Below, one piece after another: positions 8,090 to 17,371 of a stretch of 64,000 bases of DNA. This DNA is from Candidatus Latescibacterota bacterium (GTDB lineage Bacteria > Latescibacterota > UBA2968): contig OZ242320.1 of the NCBI GenBank assembly GCA_965208125.1, positions 1,728,001-1,792,000 on the forward strand, read 5' to 3'. Numbering within the stretch: position 1 is the first letter of the stretch; every line of letters starts with the position of its first letter. The notes below the pieces were generated by a model, which ran no database searches, was not told the DNA's origin, and worked only from the letters and a program-made list of their open reading frames with translations. The translations under genes and the position numbers were made by a program.

Positions 8090-9028
8090 TCATCCAAAAT
8101 AAAGCAGATAAAAGGTCCGCGTAGGGTAAATGCGAAGCGCGGGAGTGGGGAAGCGGCTGAGACGGAGATAGGGCATGAACTTACGCAATGCCTCGCAATC
8201 ACGCAGAAGATGGGCGACATCGAAATCCAGAGAAAGCAGAATTTCGCGCTGCGCATCCGGCAAGTTGGGATACCGGCGGTCAGGACCGCGGCTTTTGTGG
8301 TTAAAACCGTGCAGCCCCTGTGCCCCAATTCCCACAGCCACCCCCAGCCAATTGGGCCAGAGTTCGGAGGCAGGCCCCATTAAAAAAGGCTTGGGATTAA
8401 GTACCATCCAAAATGTTATCCCCTCATAATCGTCTATGACCGCATGGACAAATGGACGCCCGCTGACCTGACGTGCCTTTCGATCGCGGTAAAGCGAGGA
8501 TGGAAAATAGCTGAACTTAAATCGCACTGCTTGAGACGCGGGAATATATGCGTGGATCAGGGGAATCAGAGCACCCAACACATCTGCCGTGGCATCGGGA
8601 ATGCTAAATCCCCATTGATCAGATCGCCCATCGCGGAACTCGATATAAAGCAACTCGGCAATGCTGCTCAAAGAACCGAGCAGCATTGCTGTGCGCGGGG
8701 AAAAGCCTATCCAGTGATAGAGATCGCGAGCCGTCTGAGTAAATAAAATTCCTGCCATAAAATGACCGCTTTGATCCATATTGAGAAGGGTATCGCCAGA
8801 CCAATCGTAAACAACACGGAAACGACCTGTATTTTGGCCTTGCCACCAAGTTCTTTCAAAATACCGATAGCCCACCCAATGCACGCCAGCAGCCGCAACA
8901 CCGACATAGGCCAGACGTTTGAGATGGATACCTCGTTGCCGCGTTTTTGACGAATCGGGTTGATCAGCAGCAGCCGAGACGCACAGGAATACAATAAAGG
9001 GAAAAATTAATCGCAAATATCGAAACAC
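8090..9028 (-). CDS. DUF2279/YfiM-like exported protein
   Basis: Signal peptide; MDQSGHF, IEFRDG, WGFSIPDATADVLG, FKFSY and DDYEGITFW motifs. Confidence 0.75.
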   Translation of the reverse strand: MFRYLRLIFPFIVFLCVSAAADQPDSSKTRQRGIHLKRLAYVGVAAAGVHWVGYRYFERTWWQGQNTGRFRVVYDWSGDTLLNMDQSGHFMAGILFTQTARDLYHWIGFSPRTAMLLGSLSSIAELLYIEFRDGRSDQWGFSIPDATADVLGALIPLIHAYIPASQAVRFKFSYFPSSLYRDRKARQVSGRPFVHAVIDDYEGITFWMVLNPKPFLMGPASELWPNWLGVAVGIGAQGLHGFNHKSRGPDRRYPNLPDAQREILLSLDFDVAHLLRDCEALRKFMPYLRLSRFPTPALRIYPTRTFYLLYFG

Positions 9029-9290
9029 GGTATTGTCCCTATGTTAGGTATGAGAGGCTTTGATATGTTTCTTCAGGTCCACATCAACCTTTGCTCGTTT
9101 AGAGGGTGAATGTGCTCGCCAGGCATAATACCCGCTGAGGGAGGCACCCAGGACTCGGCATTGCGTGGCGATTGGCCAAAGTGCCTATTGAAATACCCGA
9201 CCCCATCCATGGCATTTACCACATCGACAACCCGCAAATAACGGTAGTATTTTCTCAACTAAAAAGGACCGTGTTCAGTCATTTTTTGTA

Positions 9291-12200
9291 TTAGAAACCC
9301 CCGAATTGATATGTAAGTCCCAGCTTCATCCGCCGCTCTTTGGGGTCGTGCGTGAAGCCATCGTAGGCTTGCTCGATATTCACCAGAGGTGGCCTGGTGC
9401 CGAGCAGATTCATTCCCGAAAACGCAATATTCACCCCTCTGGACACGTTCCAAAGAAAACTCACATCCCATGTGACAAACGAGTCAATAGTACCGAATAG
9501 ATTTCTAATCGTCGTATTATCGGACCCCATTGAGCCGCGGTCTTCATAAGACGAAATATAGTTCAGATAGCTCACCAAACTATAGGTCTTCCAGTGATAA
9601 CCCGCCGATGCCCGCCCCTTCAACTTGGGAAGCGAAGTCGCAATGGGATTGCCAAAATTCAAGTAGCCCGCAGCATCTGCCGCATCCTGAAGCACCAAAT
9701 TACCATGCATCAGAGCCTTTGTCTCATACGACAGCGTATAAGTGCCATCCAGACTCGCCGCGAATTGTCCTGTACCCGCCGGCATCCGCGTGCCCAGATG
9801 TACATCGATTCCCGAAGTCTTGACCCCTGGCCAGTTGACGATATCAACCCGCACCCGCTCAAGCTGTGAGGCCGCGCAGTTGCCAGTACCTATTCCATCT
9901 GGACAGACAATAAACCGCTTCACGGCGTCTCTCACGCTCTGGTCCTCAGATGCGTATAGGCTGGTAATCGCACCATGCGGCATTGAACCAATGACATCGC
10001 TGAAATCATAGCTCCAGTAGTCGAATGTCGCTTCAAATCCAGCCTCTGTAATCAGAGCGAGGCCAGCATTATAGGTAAACGCCTGTTCGGGTTTGAGGTC
10101 CTTGCTCCCAAATCTATCGACCGCCTGATAAGCCCCTGTCTCATTAATCCATTCGAGCGTCGTCAGCGGGCTTTCATTGACATCATCCAGCGATGGCGTG
10201 CGAAATGTCGTCTGCACCGAGCCGCGCATAAACAGGGAATGGGTAGGGGATTGCGAAAGCTGCACGCGCCAGCCGAACTTGGGATCAAAACTGCTTGCCA
10301 CATCGTGAAACTCGTAGTTCGCGGCGAGTTGCAAATCAATGCGCTCTCCCAGACTCAGAGGTATTTCACCAAAAAAGCGATGTACCGTCTGGTCTTCGGA
10401 GTATGGCCGATGCACATTCGTGAACGCATAGGGACCGAACTTATCTTCCTCTGAGCATCCTTTATCCCCCGGAACCGGGCAGGGGTTAATGGTCACATCG
10501 CCCGGATCGTTCGGATCGCCAGTAGCACTGAGCTTGCGGAACTGATATCCAGCGGCATAACTCGCATTGAGCCAGACATTTTCCGTCCACGTTCCCGTCA
10601 ATGTCGCCTCGGCAACCAGCATATCCGCCGTACTCTGTAGATCAACTTCCTGATTGGCGAGCCATTCCCGCAATTCGGGACTGTTCTCAAGACCAGATCG
10701 ATAATCGGGATTCGGCGAGTTCGCAAAATTCGAGCCATATTGATCCGTGAACTCGATGGCATTGCCGAAGGGGTTGTAGTAATGACAGTTGCCCTCCCCT
10801 GCTACCTGGTCGTAGATCCGTCCCAGTCGCATTCCCGCAAGAGACGTCGGATCTGCCTCTACACCAACGCCGCAATCGGGTCCCCCAAAACCGCGGAAGC
10901 CGAGGAACAGCCGCTCAATGTACACCCCCGGCAAATTGTAATTGCCCGCAGTGCGCGAATAAGAGAGACCCACGTCAAAATGGGCATCTCGACCGCCGAA
11001 CGCCTTAAAATCGCCATTTGCCGAAGCCGCCATGCGCAACGTATTCGATTGACGACTCAACGTGCGTCCGGGACCAGAGTTTCCAAAGGGCCGCCCATTG
11101 AAATACCAGTTCTCGCCACCATGGCAAGCGTCGTAATACAGATCGCCGGGATTTGCACCATAATCCTGGCAGAATGCCTGCCGTCCCGGATGATCGGGCG
11201 CGACTTCCATAATACTCGTGTCTGTCAGTGGGAACGGCGGATACGAAGGCGTCGTGTACCAATCGGGGATCTCGGCCTCGGCCCACAGGTACTCCACGTG
11301 ATAATCCGTACCATTGTCCAGAGTGCCATTGAGTTCAGCAAAAGCACGGATATGACTCATTTCTTCGACCAGATTCTCATACTGCTGATAGCGGAAGCGG
11401 CATGTCCAGGATTCCCGGAAACCGCCAAATTCCTCACATCGAGGAGCGTGGATGGCAGCGGTCCAGGGGGCTGGCGCACCAATGGCAAAGGTGCCGGGAT
11501 TCCCCAAACTCGACCATCCCAGGCGTTGCCCACCACCGTGCCACGGCTGCAACAGGTAATCTCTATCTGTAGATGGCAGCGCCTGGCGCCCCATCCATTC
11601 CGCAGAAATAACCACATGAGTTCCTTCGGCGAGTTTTTTACCCCATATCGCGCCTATATTTGTATCGCCTGCGCCTTCGAAATACTCGTGGGCACCCGAG
11701 ACTTCAAAACCCTCAAAATCGGATCGGGTCAAAAAATTGGCAACGCCGGCCACTGCATCTGATCCATAGATGGCCGAGGCCCCCTCCTTGAGCACCTCAA
11801 TCCGGTCAAGGGCGATAGAGGGAATAACATTTACATCGACAAAGCGTCCACCGATCAAGCGCGCAGGGACATAGGTCTGTCGGCGGCTATTGATCAACAC
11901 CAGCGTCCTCGAAGCCCCCAGCCCACGCAGATTCACATTGGCAATGCTCTCCGTAAGCGTGGCAGCCTGACCCGCATTGTACCAACTGCTTCGCTCACCG
12001 ATCACGCCGTGACTCGCACCCAGATTCTTAAAAAAATCAACCGCCTGCGGAGACCCCTGTTCTGCCATCTTTTCTCGTCCAACTACAGCGACCGCATACG
12101 TCATGCTGATGGGCGCTTCCTTAAATGCCGTACCCGTCACCACCACTTCATCCAGATAAAGCGCGGAGGGATTCATCTGTAATGAAACCGTCACGGTTTC

Positions 12201-12485
12201 TCCTGCCGTCACAGTAATAACCGCTGTCGCGGTCGCATAGCCGATCAAATCAGCTCTCAGTTCGTATGCACCAACTGGCACATTTGGAATAGTAAATCGA
12301 CCCTGATCATCCGACACTACACCCAGTTTCAAGGTCGGAATATGAACCTGCACCACTTCCAATTTCTCTCCACTTGTGGCATCGGTCACTGTACCCGTGA
12401 CTGTTCCAACAGATTGCGCCTGGACCACGCCAGAAAGCAACCCCACACATACCAGAATCGGAATAAATCTGCTCAAGAACGCCAT
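9291..12485 (-). CDS. TonB-dependent receptor with N-terminal carboxypeptidase-regulatory-like domain
   Basis: LDEVVVTG TonB box; VNLRGLG..RTLVLIN and RIEVLKEGASAIYGSDAVAGVANF plug; LGLTYQF near the C-terminus. Confidence 0.95.
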   Translation of the reverse strand: MAFLSRFIPILVCVGLLSGVVQAQSVGTVTGTVTDATSGEKLEVVQVHIPTLKLGVVSDDQGRFTIPNVPVGAYELRADLIGYATATAVITVTAGETVTVSLQMNPSALYLDEVVVTGTAFKEAPISMTYAVAVVGREKMAEQGSPQAVDFFKNLGASHGVIGERSSWYNAGQAATLTESIANVNLRGLGASRTLVLINSRRQTYVPARLIGGRFVDVNVIPSIALDRIEVLKEGASAIYGSDAVAGVANFLTRSDFEGFEVSGAHEYFEGAGDTNIGAIWGKKLAEGTHVVISAEWMGRQALPSTDRDYLLQPWHGGGQRLGWSSLGNPGTFAIGAPAPWTAAIHAPRCEEFGGFRESWTCRFRYQQYENLVEEMSHIRAFAELNGTLDNGTDYHVEYLWAEAEIPDWYTTPSYPPFPLTDTSIMEVAPDHPGRQAFCQDYGANPGDLYYDACHGGENWYFNGRPFGNSGPGRTLSRQSNTLRMAASANGDFKAFGGRDAHFDVGLSYSRTAGNYNLPGVYIERLFLGFRGFGGPDCGVGVEADPTSLAGMRLGRIYDQVAGEGNCHYYNPFGNAIEFTDQYGSNFANSPNPDYRSGLENSPELREWLANQEVDLQSTADMLVAEATLTGTWTENVWLNASYAAGYQFRKLSATGDPNDPGDVTINPCPVPGDKGCSEEDKFGPYAFTNVHRPYSEDQTVHRFFGEIPLSLGERIDLQLAANYEFHDVASSFDPKFGWRVQLSQSPTHSLFMRGSVQTTFRTPSLDDVNESPLTTLEWINETGAYQAVDRFGSKDLKPEQAFTYNAGLALITEAGFEATFDYWSYDFSDVIGSMPHGAITSLYASEDQSVRDAVKRFIVCPDGIGTGNCAASQLERVRVDIVNWPGVKTSGIDVHLGTRMPAGTGQFAASLDGTYTLSYETKALMHGNLVLQDAADAAGYLNFGNPIATSLPKLKGRASAGYHWKTYSLVSYLNYISSYEDRGSMGSDNTTIRNLFGTIDSFVTWDVSFLWNVSRGVNIAFSGMNLLGTRPPLVNIEQAYDGFTHDPKERRMKLGLTYQFGGF

Positions 12486-12656
12486 TGCTCCTCCTTTTTG
12501 TTAGGCTCCTACTTCAAATAAACTTCAGGATATTGGGGAGTTGATTCTGAATCTGACAAAGGCTGCTCACTTGGAGCTTGAGAAGTAAATTTATCTCTCA
12601 TTAAAAACATCCGTGAAGGAAACAACCTCGCACGGAGGATCAAGCCTCTAATGAAC

Positions 12657-12670
12657 TGAACAAACGTTCA
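12657..12670. promoter_or_regulatory. Palindromic operator candidate TGAAC-N4-GTTCA upstream of the TonB receptor
   Basis: Perfect 5-bp inverted repeat about 170 nt upstream of the receptor start; cognate regulator unknown. Confidence 0.35.
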
Positions 12671-12681
12671 CCTAAAACCAA

Positions 12682-13083
12682 CTATCTCTTAATGTTTAGT
12701 AGAAACTCTCCAGAAACAGTATGATAGCCACCTCTCTTGCCTCTATGAATAATATCAGAAAAAGAGAAAACAGAACCTGGTGTTATACTTATTTCCTTGA
12801 TCTCAGTAGGATTTCTATCCTTCATAATAAATCTCCTAAGATCTCCAAGAATCTTGTATTGAGAGTCGTATTCTCCATCGCGTAAGTATATAGTAAAGGC
12901 GTAGTTGAAGTGAGCAGTAGCGGGATGGTGCAACTTCGGACGGAGATAGAAGTTCAATAGAGGAGTAGGCAGATTATCAAGACTATTATCCGTGTCTATC
13001 TCACCTCTAACTATTGTAATACCGTCTATATACTTATTCAAGAGACGGATAAAATTGGACTCGAATAATGATCTACTAAACAT
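12682..13083 (-). CDS. Hypothetical protein, AT-rich (possibly a fragment)
   Basis: 133-aa ORF visibly more AT-rich than its neighbours; no motif recognised. Confidence 0.45.
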   Translation of the reverse strand: MFSRSLFESNFIRLLNKYIDGITIVRGEIDTDNSLDNLPTPLLNFYLRPKLHHPATAHFNYAFTIYLRDGEYDSQYKILGDLRRFIMKDRNPTEIKEISITPGSVFSFSDIIHRGKRGGYHTVSGEFLLNIKR

Positions 13084-13294
13084 AACTCTTAGAATAAGTG
13101 CTCAGACCCAAATGGTCAAGCCCTGTTTTTAGTTGAAATAATGGAGGCTGTTAGGCTCAGTTAGCAGCATAGGCTTTGTCCAGGCTGCCACTGAGAACCT
13201 GTCGGCAGTTTATACAGTCCCTCATAGATCGTGACCTATCCTATCACAAGGGCCTACTGTGTCTTACTTGATGGCTCGAAGCTGTTTAATACGC

Positions 13295-14845
13295 TTATTC
13301 GCGCGATTTTCGCACTTCCCTGCGAAGCCCCATCCAAACGCAGACAGCCATTCCCAATAGCACAATAGCGAACGGAAAGCCGGTTGTGAGCGAGGCAGCC
13401 TGCAACGCACTCAAACCTCCGCCCAGCAGAAGCGCTATGGCGACTAACCCCTCAATCGTACACCAGAAAACGCGTTGTGCGACTGGTGCGTCAACCCTTC
13501 CGCCAGCTGCGATTGTATCAATAATCAGCGATCCGGAATCCGACGAAGTAACAAAAAACACGATGATCAGAAGCATCGCCACAGATGAAAGCAGTGTTGC
13601 CATCGGCAACTCATCAAACATTTTGAACAATGCGATTTCGAGCTTCCACGCCTCGACATTATGAGTTACACCGGTATAGCCCTCAACGATGTGCTGATAA
13701 AACGCCGTACTGCTAAAAGTACCGAACCACAGCAGACATAAAAGCATTGGCACCAGAAGCACAGAAACGACAAATTCGCGCACTGTGCGCCCCTTTGAAA
13801 TGCGGGCGATGAACGTACCGATAAATGGCGCCCAGGCAAACCACCATGCCCAATAAAAAGTCGTCCAGTCTCGCACGAAGGCGACATCCTCGCGCCCAAT
13901 CCAGTTGCTGAGCGGGACAATATGCGCGAAATAACTGCCGAGACCAGCGAAGATACTGCGAAAAATGTAGAGCGTTGGTCCAAGCGATATAACAGTCAAC
14001 AGCAGCAAAAACGCGAGAATGATATTGAATTGGCTCAAACGCTTGATACCGACATTAATACCCGTCAGCACCGATATCAGAGCGATGGACGTAATCGCAA
14101 CAATCAGCACCACCATAGTGGTATTGTTCGCGGGAATATCAAACAGATAGTTTAATCCGGAAGTCACCTGCTGAACCCCCAGGCCGAGAGAGGTTGCAAG
14201 CCCAAACAATCCCGCAAATATCGCGAAAGTATCAATAATATGTCCAGGCCAGCCCCAGACGCGGTCACCAAATAAGGGATAGAACGCCGAGCGAATCGTG
14301 AGAGGCAATCCCCGATTGTACGCAAAGTATCCCAGAGCGAGTCCAACGACGCCATAGATTGCCCAACCGTGTAGTCCCCAGTGGAAAACCGTCGCTGCTA
14401 TCCCCACGGTAGCGGCCTCATCCGTTCTCGGCGTAATACCGAGCGGCGGATTTTGATAGTAATACACCGGCTCCGCCACTCCAAAAAACAGCAAACCTAT
14501 GCCCACGCCAGCAGCAAAAAGCATGGCAAGATAGGTTAAATAGGTGTATTCGGGTTTTTCATCTGCGCCGCCCAGACGCACCTTCCCAAGGGGCGATAGT
14601 GCGACATAAAGGCAAAAGAGCACAACGAGATTGGCAGCAATGAAAAAAAACCAATCGAGGCTCGTGGTGAGCCACTCGCGGATATTTTTAAACCCTTCAG
14701 TCGCGGCTTCCTGAAAGACAAGAGCACCAGTCACAAATGCGACAATGGTAATACCGGAAATCACAAACACTGGCGTCAGATAGATATCTAAACCGAATAG
14801 CTTGCGATATTCTCGATCATGTATTCCTTCTAAATGCGTTTTCAC
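13295..14845 (-). CDS. BCCT family betaine/choline/carnitine transporter
   Basis: AMLFAAGVGIGLLFFGVAEP, FHWGLHGWAIY, WTTFYWAWWFAWAPFIG and FFVTSSDSG motifs. Confidence 0.95.
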   Translation of the reverse strand: MKTHLEGIHDREYRKLFGLDIYLTPVFVISGITIVAFVTGALVFQEAATEGFKNIREWLTTSLDWFFFIAANLVVLFCLYVALSPLGKVRLGGADEKPEYTYLTYLAMLFAAGVGIGLLFFGVAEPVYYYQNPPLGITPRTDEAATVGIAATVFHWGLHGWAIYGVVGLALGYFAYNRGLPLTIRSAFYPLFGDRVWGWPGHIIDTFAIFAGLFGLATSLGLGVQQVTSGLNYLFDIPANNTTMVVLIVAITSIALISVLTGINVGIKRLSQFNIILAFLLLLTVISLGPTLYIFRSIFAGLGSYFAHIVPLSNWIGREDVAFVRDWTTFYWAWWFAWAPFIGTFIARISKGRTVREFVVSVLLVPMLLCLLWFGTFSSTAFYQHIVEGYTGVTHNVEAWKLEIALFKMFDELPMATLLSSVAMLLIIVFFVTSSDSGSLIIDTIAAGGRVDAPVAQRVFWCTIEGLVAIALLLGGGLSALQAASLTTGFPFAIVLLGMAVCVWMGLRREVRKSRE

Positions 14846-14858
14846 AATATTTCTTCCA

Positions 14859-15100
14859 TCAACGCCCGAGTTGATATGTAGCCGCCAGCTTGAATCGTCG
14901 GCCTTTGAGATTGTGCGTCAAGCCGTCGAATCCCAGTTCAAAATCGACGAGAGGCAGCACTTGTCCGGTCAGATTCAACGCGGAAAACGTGATATTCATA
15001 CCGCGCTTGGGCAAGTGCCACACTAAATTGGCATCCCAAGTGAGAAATGAATCAATGCGACCATCCAGCGTCCAAACGTCCCGATCTTCATACTTGGCAT
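14859..15100 (-). pseudogene. C-terminal remnant of a TonB-dependent receptor paralogous to 9291-12485
   Basis: YEDR...IDSFLTWD...FSALNL...FDGLTHNLKGRRFKLAATYQL aligns by eye with YEDR...IDSFVTWD...FSGMNL...YDGFTHDPKERRMKLGLTYQF. Confidence 0.85.
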
Positions 15101-15182
15101 ATAATTCCCAAAACAAAATATAACAACGATAAAGTTTATCAAGTGCATTCTGCCAAGCAGTAAGGTTTTGATGCCGTAGTTT

Positions 15183-15216
15183 AAGGGGATCGGGTTGATC
15201 CCGGTCCCCTTTTTTA
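15183..15216 (+). terminator. Rho-independent terminator, copy 1 of a ~60-bp direct repeat
   Basis: AAGGGGATCGGG-TTGAT-CCCGGTCCCC-T6. Confidence 0.8.
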
Positions 15217-15238
15217 ATATGCCGATGAGAATAGCACG

Positions 15239-15267
15239 TTGACAAAACGCGTAGAACTGAATATACT
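15239..15267 (+). promoter_or_regulatory. Near-consensus sigma70 promoter
   Basis: TTGACA (15239-15244), 17-nt spacer, TATACT (15262-15267); GAAAGGA RBS before GTG 15297. Confidence 0.8.
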
Positions 15268-15296
15268 GTCTTTGTCACACATAGAAAGGACACATT

Positions 15297-15530
15297 GTGA
15301 ACATTCCCTCCATTGAAAGCCGAGTCGCCGCTCTTGAAGCGATTGTTGAGCAAATTAACCACCGATTGAATAGCATCGATAGCCGATTGAACAATATGGA
15401 CAGCCGTTTTACGAATGTCGAGAATCGAATCAACAGCAATTTCAAGTGGATTGTTGGCTTGTTGATCACTGTTCTCCTTGCCAATATCGGAACGGCTATC
15501 ACCATCATTTTGACGTTGAGCAAATCTTAA
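15297..15530 (+). CDS. Small coiled-coil protein with a C-terminal transmembrane anchor (DUF1640/XhlA-like architecture)
   Basis: Heptads RLNSIDS/RLNNMDS/RFTNVEN followed by KWIVGLLITVLLA TM segment; has its own promoter, RBS and terminator. Confidence 0.75.
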   Translation: MNIPSIESRVAALEAIVEQINHRLNSIDSRLNNMDSRFTNVENRINSNFKWIVGLLITVLLANIGTAITIILTLSKS

Positions 15531-15577
15531 CCCTCTGCCCGTGTCGAAGGCAGATAGATTTGATGCAGTAAAGTTTT

Positions 15578-15609
15578 AAGGGGATCGGGTCATCCGGTCC
15601 CCTTTTTTT
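15578..15609 (+). terminator. Rho-independent terminator, copy 2 of the direct repeat
   Basis: AAGGGGATCGG-GTCAT-CCGGTCCCC-T7. Confidence 0.8.
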
Positions 15610-15647
15610 ATTTATAACGTAAGGTGTAACTCCAAAACCCAGACATG

Positions 15648-16151
15648 TTAAGGGGCTGGTGGAGGCGGTGGATAATCCACCCAACGCCTTATTGACTGGG
15701 GCAGAATATCCCGATTATTAAAAAGGAATATGCGAAGGACATCAGGGTCAATGCATTCGACCTGAGCGTGTTGAGATCCCGTGTACTTGCCATAGGACTG
15801 AAAGAGAAATACCCTTTCTCCAAAGCCTGCAAAATCGTCTCGATTTAGTTGAGTAGTGTTCCCAGTTTTGACCTGGACGACCGCTCTCTCAAATGTCTGT
15901 CTATGAATCAGAATGTACTCATATCCCATCGTATCTGGTTGACGTGATGCTGGTAAGTATAGCCATCCACACATTTGCAGGTAGATAGCCACTGCGTTCT
16001 CTGTCTCTATATCATCGAGAAAGGTATAGATATCAGGGTCTTCCGGAAATTGAGGAGCGTATTGATTGATGCCTGAGATATCATTCCACAGAAGTTGTGA
16101 ATAAATCGAGCTGCGCTCCGCCTGCAACTGCCCATCCCATTCCCAACACAT
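15648..16151 (-). pseudogene. Restriction endonuclease-like (Mrr-type QxK) fragment, probably lacking its N-terminus
   Basis: ETENAVAIYLQ..GW...YEYILI...AVVQVKTG; no convincing start. Confidence 0.55.
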
Positions 16152-16226
16152 ACTCCTGGTCTAAGCAATTTCGATTAGGCAGACATTTTGGTGTCGATCA
16201 AATCGCTTATTGATCTACCAGCTACA

Positions 16227-16361
16227 CGCCTTGGTCACTACTTTGGCATGACGCCTGAGTTCTGGATCAATCTTCAGACCCGCTACGATCTCGATGTCGC
16301 CGAGCACACGGTACGTCGCCAAATTGAGCGAGAGATAGAACCGCTGATTGCATCTCCGTAG
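16227..16361 (+). pseudogene. higA: C-terminal half of a HigA/VapI antitoxin
   Basis: Manual translation RLGHYFGMTPEFWINLQTRYDLDVAE...IEP; HTH N-terminus absent. Confidence 0.8.
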
Positions 16362-16536
16362 CAGGACAGACTGGCACAACATAATGTGCAAAGTTGATCC
16401 GCGCAGGCGCCGTAATGATTCTATACGGCATCAAGGGGGTCTCTGTATTGCTGAACTTGAAGGCTGATCTGTAGTTGCTTCCCTTTCATCTGTGTAAAAC
16501 GCTCAAATGAACTGGCTATTGCCCGTTGTACCCCAC

Positions 16537-17361
16537 TCATTCGTGCTCATTAAAAGACCACAGTTTGAGAATCGTCTTACACAAAATCCATTCCAGATCG
16601 TCATCATTAAAGAACATATGATTGCGAATGAGGTCGAGCGACCCTCTGTACCCACAACTCCTGAACACATGGGGAAAATCCGTACCCCACATCAGCCGGT
16701 CGGGGCCGTACACATCGTAAATGCGTTTGATCATATCGTGCGTATCGCGGTGCGGATAGGGCATATTGGACCGCTGTCCCACATTGGAAATCTTGACATG
16801 AACATTGGGATAGTGTCCCCAATTGAGCAAATTGGTCAGCAGTGGTTTGGGATCTGGTTCATCCACGGGAATACCGGCAATGTGATCAACCACAACATTG
16901 ACCTCGGGAAAACGGGCAATAATGGGTTCAACGGGCGCATGATCCTCAGCCCCGCCAAACAGATTGAAACACAGGCCCAGATCTCGGGCACGCGCCCACA
17001 GCGGATCTTTATCAGACGCCGCCAGATCTTTAGGGTCTCCATAACGCGACAAATGAATCCGCATCCCGCCAAACCCCTCTTCCCTATGCAAACGCTCTAA
17101 CTCATCCGCGGCATCGGGTGATGTGGGATCCACAAGCGCCTGCGCCGCGAGTTTATCCGGATACCGCTTGAGACAATCGGCCACATACCGATTATCAAAA
17201 AGATAGTGAATCGGCTGCACAATAACCGCCTTATCCACCCCCGCGTCCGCCATCGTCTCAAACAAAAGCTCGACCGAACCCGCCTCATGGGGTTGGCTGG
17301 GACCATAGGGATAGGTTTCTTCGTCATCGCTCCATACATGGAGATGGGGATCAATAATCAT
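16537..17361 (-). CDS. Amidohydrolase family 2 protein
   Basis: IIDPHLHVW, VVVDHIA and RLMWGTDFP; start moved to ATG 17361 (AGGAGG RBS). Confidence 0.9.
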   Translation of the reverse strand: MIIDPHLHVWSDDEETYPYGPSQPHEAGSVELLFETMADAGVDKAVIVQPIHYLFDNRYVADCLKRYPDKLAAQALVDPTSPDAADELERLHREEGFGGMRIHLSRYGDPKDLAASDKDPLWARARDLGLCFNLFGGAEDHAPVEPIIARFPEVNVVVDHIAGIPVDEPDPKPLLTNLLNWGHYPNVHVKISNVGQRSNMPYPHRDTHDMIKRIYDVYGPDRLMWGTDFPHVFRSCGYRGSLDLIRNHMFFNDDDLEWILCKTILKLWSFNEHE

Positions 17362-17371
17362 GATAAACCTC

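Noticed and set aside
9073-9258. 61-aa ORF after the TonB receptor
   Set aside because: No RBS or recognisable family; could be another gene fragment but cannot be supported
12490-12680. Cobalamin or other riboswitch upstream of the TonB receptor
   Set aside because: One hairpin only; no recognisable B12-box or other aptamer consensus (an Rfam scan would settle it)
12499-13158. GTTAGGC direct repeats as integron cassette boundaries
   Set aside because: Only 10 bp, no attC stem, and orientation opposite to the enclosed ORF; may be chance
14859-15362. 167-aa ORF as a real gene
   Set aside because: Chimera of antisense sequence, a terminator and the TonB receptor remnant
15117-15612. Integron attC sites around the small ORF
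   Set aside because: Core sites fit RYYYAAC/GTTRRRY poorly, there are no L boxes and no integrase; the hairpins look like terminators
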